Shown here one piece after another: positions 13,187 to 27,800 of a stretch of 64,000 bases of DNA; the stretch's first letter is position 1; each line of letters begins with the position of its first letter. Below the pieces are notes generated by a model. That model was given only the letters and a program-made list of their open reading frames with translations, was not told the origin of the DNA and did no database searches. Position numbers and translations under genes: made by a program. The stretch is from the human T2T-CHM13v2.0 reference genome, Homo sapiens, in assembly GCF_009914755.1 (NCBI RefSeq), contig NC_060943.1; one strand, 5' to 3'.

Positions 13187-16064
13187 TTATCTTCACATAG
13201 AAACTAGACTGAAGGATTCTTAGAAACTTCTTTGTGATGTGTGCATTCAACTCACCGAGTGGAACCTCACTTTTGATAGAGCAGAGTTGAAAGACACTTG
13301 TTGTAGAATCTGCATGTGGATATTTGGAGTGCTTTGAAGCCTTCCTTGGAAACGGGAATATCTTCACATAAAAACTAGACATAAGCATTCTCAGAAACTC
13401 CTTTGTGATCTGTCCATTCAGCTCACAGAGTTGAACCTTCCTTTTGATAGAGCAGTTTTGAAACACTCTTTCTGTAGTGTCTGCAAGTGGATATCAGGAG
13501 CGCTTTGAGGCCTATGGCAGAAAAAGAAATATCTGGCTCTAAAAACTAGACAGAAGCATTCTGAGAAACTTCTTTGTGATGTTTGCATTCAACTACCAGA
13601 GTTGAACCTTCCTTTTGATAGAGCAGTTTTGAAACACTCTTTTTGTAGAATCTGCATGTGGATATCTGGAGCGATTTGAGGCCTATGGTCAAAAAGGAAA
13701 TATCTTCCTATGAAAAACAGACAAAAGCATTCTCAGAAACTACTTTGAGATATGTGCATTCAACTCACAGAGTTGAAACTTTTTTTTGATAGAGCAGTTT
13801 TGAAACACTCTGTAGAATCTGAAAGTGGATATTTGGAGCTATTTGAGGGCTATGGTGGAAATGAAAATATATTCCCATTAAACTAGACAGAAGCATCCTC
13901 AGAAACTTCTTTATGATGTTTGCATTCAACTCACAGAGTTGAACATACCTTTCCATAGAGCAGTTTTGAAACACTCTTTTTGGGGAATCCGCAAGTGGAT
14001 ATTTGGACCGCTTTGAGACCTTTGCTGGAAATGGGAATATCTTCACATATAAACTAGACAGAAGCATTCTCGGAAACTTCTTTGTGATGTGTGCATTCTG
14101 CTCCCAAAGTTGAACCTTCCTCTTCATAAAGCAGTTTTGAAACACTCTTTTGTACAATCTACCATTGGATATGTGGAAGGCTTTGATGCCCATGGTAGAA
14201 AAGGAAACATCCTCATATAAAATCTAGACAGAAGGATTCACAGAAACTGCTGTGTGATGTGTGCATCCAAATCACGGAGTTGAACTTTTCTTTTGTTAGA
14301 GCAGTTTTGAAACCCTGTTTCCGTGGAATCTGCCAGTGGACATTTGGAGCGCATTGAGGGCTATGGTGGAGAAGGAAATATCTCCACATAAAAACTAGAA
14401 AGAAGCATTCTCAGAAACATCTATGTGAAGTGTGCATTCAACTCACAGAGTTGAACCTTCCTTTTGATAGAAGAGTTTTGAAACACTCTTTTGTACAATT
14501 GCAGGTGAATATTTGGAGCGCTTTGAAGCCTTTGTTGGAAATGGGAATATCCTCACATAAAAACTAGCCAGAAGCATTCTCAGAAACTTCTTTGTGATGT
14601 GTGCATTGAACCCAGAGAGATGAACCGTTCCTTTGAGAGAGCAGTTTTGAAACGTGTTTTTGTAAGATCTGCAAGTGGATATTTGGGGCGCTTTGAGTCC
14701 TTAGGTGGAAACGGGAATATCTTCAAATAAAAACTAGACAGAATTATTCTCAGAATCTTCTTTGTGATGTGGGCATTCAACTAACACAGTTGAACATTTC
14801 TTTTGACAGAGCAGTTCTGAAACACTCTTTTTGTAGAATCCGCCAGTGGATATTTGGAGCGCTTTGAGGGCTATTGTGCAAATGGAAATATCTTCACCTA
14901 AAAACTAGACCGAAGCAATCCCAGAAACTACTTTGTGATGTTTGCATTCAACTCACAGAGTTGAACCTACCTCTTCATAGAGCAGTTTGGAAAACCTCTT
15001 TTTGTAGAATCTGCAAGTGGATATTTGGACCACTTTGAGGCCTTCATAGGAAACAGTACTATCTTCACATAAAAACTAGGTAGAAGCATTCTCAGAAACT
15101 TCTTTGTGATGTGTGAATTCAACTCACAGAGTTGAACCTTCCTTTAATAGAGCAGTTTTGAAACACTCTTTTTGTAGAATCTGCAAGTAGATATTTGGAG
15201 CGCTTTGAGGCCTTCGTTGGAAACCGGAATATCTTCACATAAAAAGTAGATAGAGGCATTCTCAGAAACTTTTTTGTGATATGTAGATTCAACTCACAGC
15301 GCTGAACCTTTCTTTTGATAGAGCAGTTTTGAAAAACTCTTTTATCGAATCTGCAAGTAGACATTTGGAGTGCTTTGAGGGCTGTGGTCGAAAAGGAAAT
15401 ATCTTCACATAGAAACTAGACTGAAGCATTCTCAGCAACTTCTTTGTGACGTTTGCATTCATCTCACAGTGTTGAACATACCTTTTCATAGAGCAGTTTT
15501 GAGACACTATTTTTGTAGTATCTGCAAGTGGATATTTGGACTGCTTTGAGGCCTTCATTGGAAATGGGAATATCTTCACATAAACACTAGACAGAAGCAT
15601 TCTCTGAAACTTCTTTGTGATGTGTGTATTCAACTCACAGAGTTGAACCATCTTTTTTATGGAGCGGTTTTGAAACAGTGTTTTTGTAGAATCAGCAATT
15701 GGATATTGGGAGCGCTTTGAGGCCTCTGGTGGAAAGGGAATGTCTTCACATAAAAACTGGACAGAAGCATTCTCAGAAACATCTTTGTGATGTTTGCATT
15801 CAACTCACAGAGTTGATCCTTCCTTTTAATAGGGCAGTTTTGCAACACTCTTTTTGTAGAATGCACCAGTGGGCTTTTGGAGCACGTCAAGGGCTATGGT
15901 GAAAAAGGAAATATCTTCACATAAAAACTAGACAGAAGTATTCTGTAAAACTCCTTTGTGATGTTTGCATTCAACTCAGAAAGTTGAACTTCTCTTTATA
16001 TAGTCCAGTTTTCAAACACTATTTTTGTAGAATCTGCAAGTGGATACTGGGACTGCTTTGAGGC

Positions 16065-16081
16065 CTTCGTTGGAAACGGGA
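16065..16081 (+). other. CENP-B box (canonical)
   Basis: CTTCGTTGGAAACGGGA in monomer 6. Confidence 0.92.
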
Positions 16082-18960
16082 TTATCTTCACATAGAAACT
16101 AGACTGAAGGATTCTTAGAAACTTCTTTGTGATGTGTGCATTCAACTCACCGAGTGGAACCTCACTTTTGATAGAGCAGAGTTGAAAGACACTTGTTGTA
16201 GAATCTGCAGGTGGATATTTGGAGTGCTTTGAAGCCTTCCTTGGAAACGGGAATATCTTCACATAAAAACTAGACATAAGCATTCTCAGAAACTCCTTTG
16301 TGATCTGTCCATTCAGCTCACAGAGTTGAACCTTCCTTTTGATAGAGCAGTTTTGAAACACTCTTTCTGTAGAGTCTGCAAGTGGATATCAGGAGCGCTT
16401 TGTCGCCTATGGCAGAAAAAGAAATATCTGGCTCTAAAAACTAGACAGAAGCATTCTGAGAAACTTCTTTGTGATGTTTGCATTCAACTACCAGAGTTGA
16501 ACATTCCTTTTTGATAGAGCAGTTTTGAAACACTCTTTTTGTAGAATCTGCATGTGGATATCTGGAGCGATTTGAGGCCTATGGTCAAAAAGGAAATATC
16601 TTCCTATGAAAAACAGACAAAAGCATTCTCAGAAACTACTTTGAGATATGTGCATTCAACTCACAGAGTTGAAACTTTTTTTTGATAGAGCAGTTTTGAA
16701 ACACTCTGTAGAATCTGAAAGTGGATATTTGGAGCTATTTGAGGGCTGTGGTGGAAAAGAAAATATATTCCCATTAAACTAGACAGAAGCATCCTCAGAA
16801 ACTTCTTTATGATGTTTGCATTCAACTCACAGAGTTGAACATACCTTTCCATAGAGCAGTTTTGAAACACTCTTTTTGAGGAATCCCCAAGTGGATATTT
16901 GGACCGCTTTGAGACCTTTGCTGGAAACGGGAATATCTTCACATATAAACTAGACAGAAGCATTCTCGGAAACTTCTTCGTGATGTGTGTATTCTGCTCC
17001 CAAAGTTGAACCTTCCTCTTCATAAAGCAGTTTTGAAACACTCTTTTGTACAATCTACCATTGGATATGTGGAAGGCTTTGATGCCCATGGTAGAAAAGG
17101 AAACATCCTCATATAAAATCTAGACAGAAGGATTCACAGAAACTGCTGTGTGATGTGTGCATCCAAATCACGGAGTTGAACTTTTCTTTTGTTAGAGCAG
17201 TTTTGAAACCCTGTTTCCGTGGAATCTGCCAGTGGACATTTGGAGCGCATTGAGGGCTATGGTGGAGAAGGAAATATCTTCACATAAAAACTAGAAAGAA
17301 GCATTCTCAGAAACACCTATGTGAAGTGTGCATTCAACTCACAGAGTTGAACCGTTCTTTTGATAGAAGAGTTTTGAAACACTCTTTTGTACAATTGCAG
17401 GTGAATATTTGGAGCGCTTTGAAGCATTTGTTGGAAATGGGAATATCCTCACATAAAAACTAGCCAGAAGCATTCTCAGAAACTTCTTTGTGATGTGTGC
17501 ATTGAACCCAGAGAGATGAACCGTTCCTTTGAGAGAGCAGTTTTGAAACGTGTTTTTGTAAGATCTGCAAGTGGATATTTGGGGCGCTTTGAGTCCTTAG
17601 GTGGAAACGGGAATATCTTCGAATAAAAACTAGACAGAATGATTCTCAGAATCTTCTTTGTGATGTGGGCATTCAACTAACACAGTTGAACATTTCTTTT
17701 GACAGAGCAGTTCTGAAACACTCTTTTTGTAGAATCCGCCAGTGGATATTTGGAGCGCTTTGAGGGCTATTGTGCAAATGGAAATATCTTCACCTAAAAA
17801 CTAGACCGAAGCAATCCCAGAAACTACTTTGTGATGTTTGCATTCAACTCACAGAGTTGAACCTACCTCTTCATAGAGCAGTTTGGAAAACCTCTTTTTG
17901 TAGAATCTGCAAGTGGATATTTGGACCACTTTGAGGCCTTCATAGGAAACAGTACTATCTTCACATAAAAACTAGGTAGAAGCATTCTCAGAAACTTCTT
18001 TGTGATGTGTGAATTCAACTCACAGAGTTGAACCTTCCATTAATAGAGCAGTTTTGAAACACTCTTTTTCTAGAATCTGCAAGTAGATATTTGGAGCGCT
18101 TTGAGGCCTTCGTTGGAAACCGGAATATCTTCACATAAAAAGTAGATAGAGGCATTCTCAGAAACATTTTTGTGATATGTAGATTCAACTCACAGCGTTG
18201 AACCTTTCTTTTGATAGAGCAGTTTTGAAAAACTCTTTTATCGAATCTGCAAGTAGACATTTGGAGTGCTTTGAGGGCTGTGGTCGAAAAGGAAATATCT
18301 TCACATAGAAACTAGACTGAAGCATTCTCAGCAACTTCTTTGTGACGTTTGCATTCATCTCACAGTGTTGAACATACCTTTTCATAGAGCAGTTTTGAAA
18401 CACTATTTTTGTAGTATCTGCAAGTGGATATTTGGACTGCTTTGAGGCCTTCATTGGAAACGGGAATATCTTCACATAAACACTAGACAGAAGCATTCTC
18501 TGAAACTTCTTTGTGATGTGTGTATTCAACTCACAGAGTGGAACCATCTTTTTTATGGAGCGGTTTTGAAACAGTGTTTTGGTAGAATCAGCAATTGGAT
18601 ATTTGGAGCGCTTTGAGGCCTCTGGTGGAAAGGGAATGTCTTCACATAAAAACTGGACAGAAGCATTCTCAGAAACATCTTTGTGATGTTTGCATTCAAC
18701 TCACAGAGTTGATCCTTCCTTTTAATAGGGCAGTTTTGCAACACTCTTTTTGTAGAATGCACCAGTGGGCTTTTGGAGCACGTCAAGGGCTTTGGTGAAA
18801 AAGGAAATATCTTCACATAAAAACTAGACAGAAGTATTCTGTAAAACTCCTTTGTGATGTTTGCATTCAACTCAGAAAGTTGAACTTCTCTTTATATAGT
18901 CCAGTTTTCAAACACTATTTTTGTAGAATCTGCAAGTGGATACTGGGACTGCTTTGAGGC

Positions 18961-18977
18961 CTTCGTTGGAAACGGGA
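18961..18977 (+). other. CENP-B box (canonical)
   Basis: CTTCGTTGGAAACGGGA in monomer 6. Confidence 0.92.
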
Positions 18978-21855
18978 TTATCTTCACATAAAAACTAGAC
19001 TGAAGGATTCTTAGAAACTTCTTTGTGATGTGTGCATTCAACTCACCGAGTGGAACCTCACTTTTGATAGAGCAGTGTTGAAAGACACTTGTTGTAGAAT
19101 CTGCAGGTGGATATTTGGAGTGCTTTGAAGCCTTCCTTGGAAACGGGAATATCTTCACATAAAAACTAGACATAAGCATTCTCAGAAACTCCTTTGTGAT
19201 CTGTCCATTCAGCTCACAGAGTTGAACCTTCCTTTTGATAGAGCAGTTTTGAAACACTCTTTCTGTAGAGTGTGCAAGTGGATATCAGGAGCGCTTCGAG
19301 GCCTATGGCAGAAAAAGAAATATCTGGCTCTAAAAACTAGACAGAAGCATTCTGAGAAACTTCTTTGTGATGTTTGCATTCAACTACCAGAGTTGAACCT
19401 TCCTTTTGATAGAGCAGTTTCGAAACACTCTTTTTGTAGAATCTGCATGTGGATATCTGGAGCGATTTGAGGCCTATGGTCAAAAAGGAAATATCTTCCT
19501 ATGAAAAACAGACAAAAGCATTCTCAGAAACTACTTTGAGATATGTGCATTTAACTCACAGAGTTGAAACTTTTTTTTGATAGAGCAGTTTGGAAACACT
19601 CTGTAAAATCTGAAAGTGGATATTTGGAGCTATTTGAGGGCTATGGTGGAAAAGAAAATATATTCCCATTAAACTAGACAGAAGCATCCTCAGAAACTTC
19701 TTTATGATGTTTGCATTAAACTCACAGAGTTGAACACACCATTCCATAGAGCAGTTTTGAAACACTCTTTTTGGGGAATCCGCAAGTGGATATTTGGACC
19801 GCTTTGAGACCTTTGCTGGAAATGGGAATATCTTCACATATAAACTAGACAGAAGCATTCTCGGAAACTTCTTCGTGATGTGTGCATTCTGCTCCCAAAG
19901 TTGAACCTTCCTTTTCATAAAGCAGTTTTGAAACACTCTTTTGTACAATCTACCATTGGATATGTGGAAGGCTTTGATGCCCATGGTAGAAAAGGATACA
20001 TCCTCATATAAAATCTAGACAGAAGGATTCACAGAAACTGCTGTGTGATGTGTGCATCCAAATCACGGAGTTGAACTTTTCTTTTGTTAGAGCAGTTTTG
20101 AAACCCCGTTTCCGTGGAATCTGCCAGTGGACATTTGGAGCGCATTGAGGGCTATGGTGGAGAAGGAAATATCTTCACATAAAAACTAGAAAGAAGCATT
20201 CTCAGAAACATCTATGTGAAGTGTGCATTCAACTCACAGAGTTGAACCTTCCTTTTGATAGAAGAGTTTTGAAACACTCTTTTGTACAATTGCAGGTGAA
20301 TATTTGGAGCGCTTTGAAGCCTTTGTTGGAAATGGGAATATCCTCACATAAAAACTAGCCAGAAGTACTCTCAGAAACTTCTTTGTGATGTGTGCATTGA
20401 ACCCAGAGAGATGAACCGTTCCTTTGAGAGAGCAGTTTTGAAACGTGTTTTTGTAAGATCTGCAAGTGGATATTTGGGGCGCTTTGAGCCCTTAGGTGGA
20501 AACGGGAATATCTTCGAATAAAAACTAGACAGAATTATTCTCAGAATCTTCTTTGTGATGTGGGCATTCAACTAACACAGTTGAACATGTCTTTTGACAG
20601 AGCAGTTCTGAAACACTCTTTTTGTAGAATCCGCCAGTGGATATTTGGAGCGCTTTGAGGGCTATTGTGCAAATGGGAATATCTTCACCTAAAAACTAGA
20701 CCGAAGCAATCCCAGAAACTACTTTGTGATGTTTGCATTAAACTCATAGAGTTGAACCTACCTCTTCATAGAGCAGTTTGGAAAACCTCTTTTTGTAGAA
20801 TCTGCAAGTGGATATTTGGACCACTTTGAGGCCTTCATAGGAAACAGTACTATCTTCACATAAAAACTAGGTAGAAGCATTGTCAGAAAGTTCTTTGTGA
20901 TGTGTGAATTCAACTCACAGAGTTGAACCTTCCTTTAATAGAGCAGTTTTGAAACACTCTTTTTGTAGAATCTGCAAGTAGATATTTGGAGCGCTTTCAG
21001 GCCTTCGTTGGAAACCGGAATATCTTCACATAAAAAGTAGATAGAGGCATTCTCAGAAACTTTTTTGTGATATGTAGATTCAACTCACAGCGCTGAACCT
21101 TTCTTTTGATAGAGCAGTTTTGAAAAACTCTTTTATCGAATCTGCAAGTAGACATTTGGAGTGCTTTGAGGGCTGTGGTCGAAAAGGAAATATCTTCACA
21201 TAGAAACTAGACTGAAGCATTCTCAGCAACTTCTTTGTGACGTTTGCATTCATCTCACAGTGTTGAACATACCTTTTCATAGAGCAGTTTTGAAACACTA
21301 TTTTTGTAGTATCTGCAAGTGGATATTTGGACTGCTTTGAGGCCTTCATTGGAAACGGGAATATCTTCACATAAACACTAGACAGAAGCATTCTCTGAAA
21401 CTTCTTTGTGATGTGTGTATTCAACTCACAGAGTTGAACCATCTTTTTTATGGAGCGGTTTTGAAACAGTGTTTTTGTAGAATCAGCAAGTGGATATTTG
21501 GAGCGCTTTGAGGCCTCTGGTGGAAAGGGAATGTCTTCACATAAAAACTGGACAGAAGCATTCTCAGAAACATCTTTGTGATGTTTGCATTCAACTCACA
21601 GAGTTGATCCTTCCTTTTAATAGGGCAGTTTTGCATCACTCTTTTTGTAGAATGCACCAGTGGGCTTTTGGAGCACGTCAAGGGCTATGGTGAAAAAGGA
21701 AATATCTTCACATAAAAACTAGACAGAAGTATTCTGTAAAACTCCTTTGTGATGTTTGCATTCAACTCAGAAAGTTGAACTTCTCTTTATATAGTCCAGT
21801 TTTCAAACACTATTTTTGTAGAATCTGCAAGTGGATACTGGGACTGCTTTGAGGC

Positions 21856-21872
21856 CTTCGTTGGAAACGGGT
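21856..21872 (+). other. CENP-B box (core intact, adjacent 2-bp deletion)
   Basis: CTTCGTTGGAAACGGGT keeps the nine core positions NTTCGNNNNANNCGGGN. Confidence 0.82.
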
Positions 21873-24800
21873 ATCTTCACATAAAAACTAGACTGAAGGA
21901 TTCTTAGAAACTTCTTTGTGATGTGTGCATTCAACTCACCGAGTGGAACCTCACTTTTGATAGAGCAGTGTTGAAAGACACTTGTTGTAGAATCTGCAGG
22001 TGGATATTTGGAGTGCTTTGAAGCCTTCCTTGGAAACGGGAATATCTTCACATAAAAACTAGACATAAGCATTCTCAGAAACTCCTTTGTGATCTGTCCA
22101 TTCAGCTCACAGAGTTGAACCTTCCTTTTGATAGAGCAGTTTTGAAACACTCTTTCTGTAGAGTCTGCAAGTGGATATCAGGAGCGCTTTGAGACCTATG
22201 GCAGAAAAAGAAATATCTGGCTCTAAAAACTAGACAGAAGCATTCTGAGAAACTTCTTTGTGATGTTTGCATTCAACTACCAGAGTTGAACCTTCCTTTT
22301 TGATAGAGCAGTTTTGAAACACTCTTTGTGTAGAATCTGCATGTGGATATCTGGAGCGATTTGAGGCCTATGGTCAAAAAGGAAATATCTTCCTAGGAAA
22401 AACAGACAAAAGCATTCTCAGAAACTACTTTGAGATATGTGCATTCAACTCACAGAGTTGAAACTTTTTTTTGATAGAGCAGTTTTGAAACACTCTGTAG
22501 AATCTGAAAGTGGATATTTGGAGCTATTTGAGGGCTATGGTGGAAAAGAAAATATATTCCCATTAAACTAGACAGAAGCATCCTCAGAAACTTCTTTATG
22601 ATGTTTGCATTAAACTCACAGAGTTGAACATACCTTTCCATAGAGCAGTTTTGAAACACTCTTTTTGGGGAATCCTCAAGTGGATATTTGGACCGCTTTG
22701 AGACCTTTGCTGGAAATGGGAATATCTTCACATATAAACTAGACAGAAGCATTCTCGGAAACTTCTTCGTGATGTGTGCATTCTGCTCCCAAAGTTGAAC
22801 CTTCCTCTTCATAAAGCAGTTTTGAAACACTCTTTTGTACAATCTACCATTGGATATGTGGAAGGCTTTGATGCCCATGGTAGAAAAGGAAACATCCTCA
22901 TATAAAATCTAGACAGAAGGATTCACAGAAACTGCTGTGTGATGTGTGCATCCAAATCACAGAGTTGAACTTTTCTTTTGTTAGAGCAGTTTTGAAACCC
23001 TGTTTCCGTGGAATCTGCCAGTGGACATTTGGAGCGCATTGAGGGCTATGTTGGAGAAGGAAATATCTTCACATAAAAACTAGAAAGAAGCATTCTCAGA
23101 AACATCTATGTGAAGTGTGCATTCAACTCACAGAGTTGAACCTTCCTTTTGATAGAAGAGTTTTGAAACACTCTTTTGTACAATTGCAGGTGAATATTTG
23201 GAGCGCTTTGAAGCCTTTGTTGGAAATGGGAATATCCTCACATAAAAACTAGCCAGAAGCATTCTCAGAAACTTCTTTGTGATGTGTGCATTGAACCCAG
23301 AGAGATGAACCGTTCCTTTGAGAGAGCAGTTTTGAAACGTGTTCTTGTAAGATCTGCAAGTGGATATTTGGGGCGCTTTGAGCCCTTAGGTGTAAACGGG
23401 AATATCTTCGAATAAAAACTAGACAGAATTATTCTCAGAATCTTCTTTGTGATTTGGGCATTCAACTAACACAGTTGAACATGTCTTTTGACAGAGCAGT
23501 TCTGAAACACTCTTTTTGTAGAATCCGCCAGTGGATATTTGGAGCGCTTTGAGGGGTATTGTGCAAATGGAAATATCTTCACCTAAAAACTAGACCGAAG
23601 CAATCCCAGAAACTACTTTGTGATGTTTGCATTCAACTCACAGAGTTGAACCTACCTCTTCATAGAGCAGTTTGGAAAACCTCTTTTTGTAGAATCTGCA
23701 AGTGGATATTTGGACCACTTTGAGGCCTTCATAGGAAACAGTACTATCTTCACATAAAAACTAGGTAGAAGCATTGTCAGAAAATTCTTTGTGATGTGTG
23801 AATTCAACTCACAGAGTTGAACCTTCCTTTAATAGAGCAGTTTTGAAACACTCTTTTTGTAGAATCTGCAAGTAGATATTTGGAGCGCTTTGAGGCCTTC
23901 GTTGGAAACCGGAATATCTTCACATAAAAAGTAGATAGAGGCATTCTCAGAAACTTTTTTGTGATATGTAGATTCAACTCACAGCGCTGAACCTTTCTTT
24001 TGATAGAGCAGTTTTGAAAAACTCTTTTATCGAATCTGCAAGTAGACATTTGGAGTGCTTTGAGGGCTGTGGTCGAAAAGGAAATATCTTCACATAGAAA
24101 CTAGACTGAAGCATTCTCAGCAACTTCTTGGTGACGTTTGCATTCATCTCACAGTGTTGAACATACCTTTTCATAGAGCAGTTTTGAAACACTATTTTTG
24201 TAGTATCTGCAAGTGGATATTTGGACTGCTTTGAGGCCTTCATTGGAAACGGGAATATCTTCACATAAACACTAGACAGAAGCATTCTCTGAAACTTCTT
24301 TGTGATGTGTGTATTCAACTCACAGAGTTGAACCATCTTTTTTATGGAGCGGTTTTGAAACAGTGTTTTTGTAGAATCAGCAAGTGGATATTTGGAGCGC
24401 TTTGAGGCCTCTGGTGGAAAGGGAATGTCTTCACATAAAAACTGGACAGAAGCATTCTCAGAAACATCTTTGTGATGTTGCATTCAACTCACAGAGTTGA
24501 TCCTTCCTTTTAATAGGGCAGTTTTGCAACACTCTTTTTGTAGAATGCACCAGTGGGCTTTTGGAGCACGTCAAGGGCTATGGTGAAAAAGGAAATATCT
24601 TCACATAAAAACTAGACAGAAGTATTGTGTAAAACTCCTTTGTGATGTTTGCATTCAACTCAGAAAGTTGAACTTCTCTTTATATAGTCCAGTTTTCAAA
24701 CACTATTTTTGTAGAATCTGCAAGTGGATACTGGGACTGCTTTGAGGCCTTCATTGGAAACGGGATTATCTTCACATAAAAACTAGACTGAAGGATTCTT

Positions 24801-27800
24801 AGAAACTTCTTTGTGATGTGTGCCTTCAACTCACCGAGCGGAACCTCACTTTTGATAGAGCAGAGTTGAAAGACACTTGTTGTAGAATCTGCAGGTGGAT
24901 ATTTGGAGTGTTTTGAAGCCTTCCTTGGAAACGGGAATATCTTCACATAAAAACTAGACATAAGCATGCTCAGAAACTCCTTTGTGATCTGTCCATTCAG
25001 CTCACAGAGTTGAACCTTCCTTTTGATAGAGCAGTTTTGAAACACTCTTTCTGTAGAGTGTGCAAGTGGATATCAGGAGCGCTTTGAGGCCTATGGCAGA
25101 AAAAGAAATATCTGGCTCTAAAAACTAGACAGAAGCATTCTGAGAAACTTCTTTGTGATGTTTGCATTCAACTACCAGAGTTGAACCTTCCTTTTGATAG
25201 AGCAGTTTTGAAACACTCTTTTTGTAGAATCTGCATGTGGATATCTGGAGCGATTTGAGGCCTATGGTCAAAAAGGAAATATCTTCCTATGAAAAACAGA
25301 CAAAAGCATTCTCAGAAACTACTTTGAGATATGTGCATTCAACTCACAGAGTTGAAACTTTTTTTTGATAGAGCAGTTTTGAAACACTCTGTAGAATCTG
25401 AAAGTGGATATTTGGAGCTATTTGAGGGCTATGGTGGAAAAGAAAATATATTCCCATTAAACTAGACAGAAGCATCCTCAGAAACTTCTTTATGATGTTT
25501 GCATTAAACTCACAGAGTTGAACATACCTTTCCATAGAGCAGTTTTGAAACACTCTTTTTGAGGAATCCGCAAGTGGATATTTGGACCGCTTTGAGACCT
25601 TTGCTGGAAATGGGAATATCTTCACATATAAACTAGACAGAAGCATTCTCGGAAACTTCTTCGTGATGTGTGCATTCTGCTCCCAAAGTTGAACCTTCCT
25701 CTTCATAAAGCAGTTTTGAAACACTCTTTTGTACAATCTACCATTGGATATGTGGAAGGCTTTGATGCCCATGGTAGAAAAGGAAACATCCTCATATAAA
25801 ATCTAGACAGAAGGATTCACAGAAACTGCTGTGTGATGTGTGCATCCAAATCACGGAGTTGAACTTTTCTTTTGTTAGAGCAGTTTTGAAACCCTGTTTC
25901 CGTGGAATCTGCCAGTGGACATGTGGAGCGCATTGAGGGCTATGGTGGAGAAGGAAATATCTTCACATAAAAACTAGAAAGAAGCATTCTCAGAAACATC
26001 TATGTGAAGTGTGCATTCAACTCACAGAGTTGAACCTTCCTTTTGATAGAAGAGTTTTGAAACACTCTTTTGTACAATTGCAGGTGAATATTTGGAGCGC
26101 TGTGAAGCCTTTGTTGGAAATGGGAATATCCTCACATAAAAACTAGCCAGAAGCATTCTCAGAAACTTCTTTGTGATGTGTGCATTGAACCCAGAGAGAT
26201 GAACCGTTCCTTTGAGAGAGCAGTTTTGAAACGTGTTTTTGTAAGATCTGCAAGTGGATATTTGGGGCGCTTTGAGTCCTTAGGTGGAAACGGGAATATC
26301 TTCGAATAAAAACTAGACAGAATTATTCTCAGAATCTTCTTTGTGATGTGGGCATTCAACTAACACAGTTGAACATGTCTTTTGACAGAGCAGTTCTGAA
26401 ACACTCTTTTTGTAGAATCCGCCAGTGGATATTTGGAGCGCTTTGAGGGGTATTGTGCAAATGGAAATATCTTCACCTAAAAACTAGACCGAAGCAATCC
26501 CAGAAACTACTTTGTGATGTTTGCATTCAACTCACAGAGTTGAACCTACCTCTTCATAGAGCAGTTTGGAAAACCTCTTTTTGTAGAATCTGCAAGTGGA
26601 TATTTGGACCACTTTGAGGCCTTCATAGGAAACAGTACTATCTTCACATAAAAACTAGGTAGAAGCATTCTCAGAAACTTCTTTGTGATGTGTGAATTCA
26701 ACTCACAGAGTTGAACCTTCCTTTAATAGAGCAGTTTTGAAACACTCTTTTTGTAGAATCTGCCAGTAGATATTTGGAGCGCTTTGAGGCCTTCGTTGGA
26801 AACCGGAATATCTTCACATAAAAAGTAGATAGAGGCATTCTCAGAAACTTTTTTGTGATATGTAGATTCAACTCACAGCGCTGAACCTTTCTTTTGATAG
26901 AGCAGTTTTGAAAAACTCTTTTATCGAATCTGCAAGTAGATATTTGGAGTGCTTTGAGGGCTGTGGTCGAAAAGGAAATATCTTCACATAGAAACTAGAC
27001 TGAAGCATTCTCAGCAACTTCTTTGTGACGTTTGCATTCATCTCACAGTGTTGAACATACCTTTTCATAGAGCAGTTTTGAAACACTATTTTTGTAGTAT
27101 CTGCAAGTGGATATTTGGACTGCTTTGAGGCCTTCATTGGAAACGGGAATATCTTCACATAAACACTAGACAGAAGCATTCTCTGAAACTTCTTTGTGAT
27201 GTGTGTATTCAACTCACAGAGTTGAACCATCTTTTTTATGGAGCGGTTTTGAAACAGTGTTTTTGTAGAATCAGCAATTGGATATTTGGAGCGCTTTGAG
27301 GCCTCTGGTGGAAAGGGAATGTCTTCACATAAAAACTGGACAGAAGCATTCTCAGAAACATCTTTGTGATGTTTGCATTCAACTCACAGAGTTGATCCTT
27401 CCTTTTAATAGGGCAGTTTTGCAACACTCTTTTTGTAGAATGCACCAGTGGGCTTTTGGAGCACGTCAAGGGCTATGGTGAAAAAGGAAATATCTTCACA
27501 TAAAAACTAGACCGAAGTATTGTGTAAAACTCCTTTGTGATGTTTGCATTCAACTCAGAAAGTTGAACTTCTCTTTATATAGTCCAGTTTTCAAACACTA
27601 TTTTTGTAGAATCTGCAAGTGGATACTGGGACTGCTTTGAGGCCTTCATTGGAAACGGGATTATCTTCACATAAAAACTAGACTGAAGGATTCTTAGAAA
27701 CTTCTTTGTGATGTGTGCCTTCAACTCACCGAGTGGAACCTCACTTTTGATAGAGCAGAGTTGAAAGACACTTGTTGTAGAATCTGCAGGTGGATATTTG

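Noticed and set aside
6655-24480. Single-base indels in homopolymer runs (e.g. ~6660, ~12660, ~16510, ~24478) that lengthen some ORFs
   Set aside because: These are isolated slippage mutations or sequencing errors. The longer ORFs (200 aa, 169 aa) are incidental fusions.
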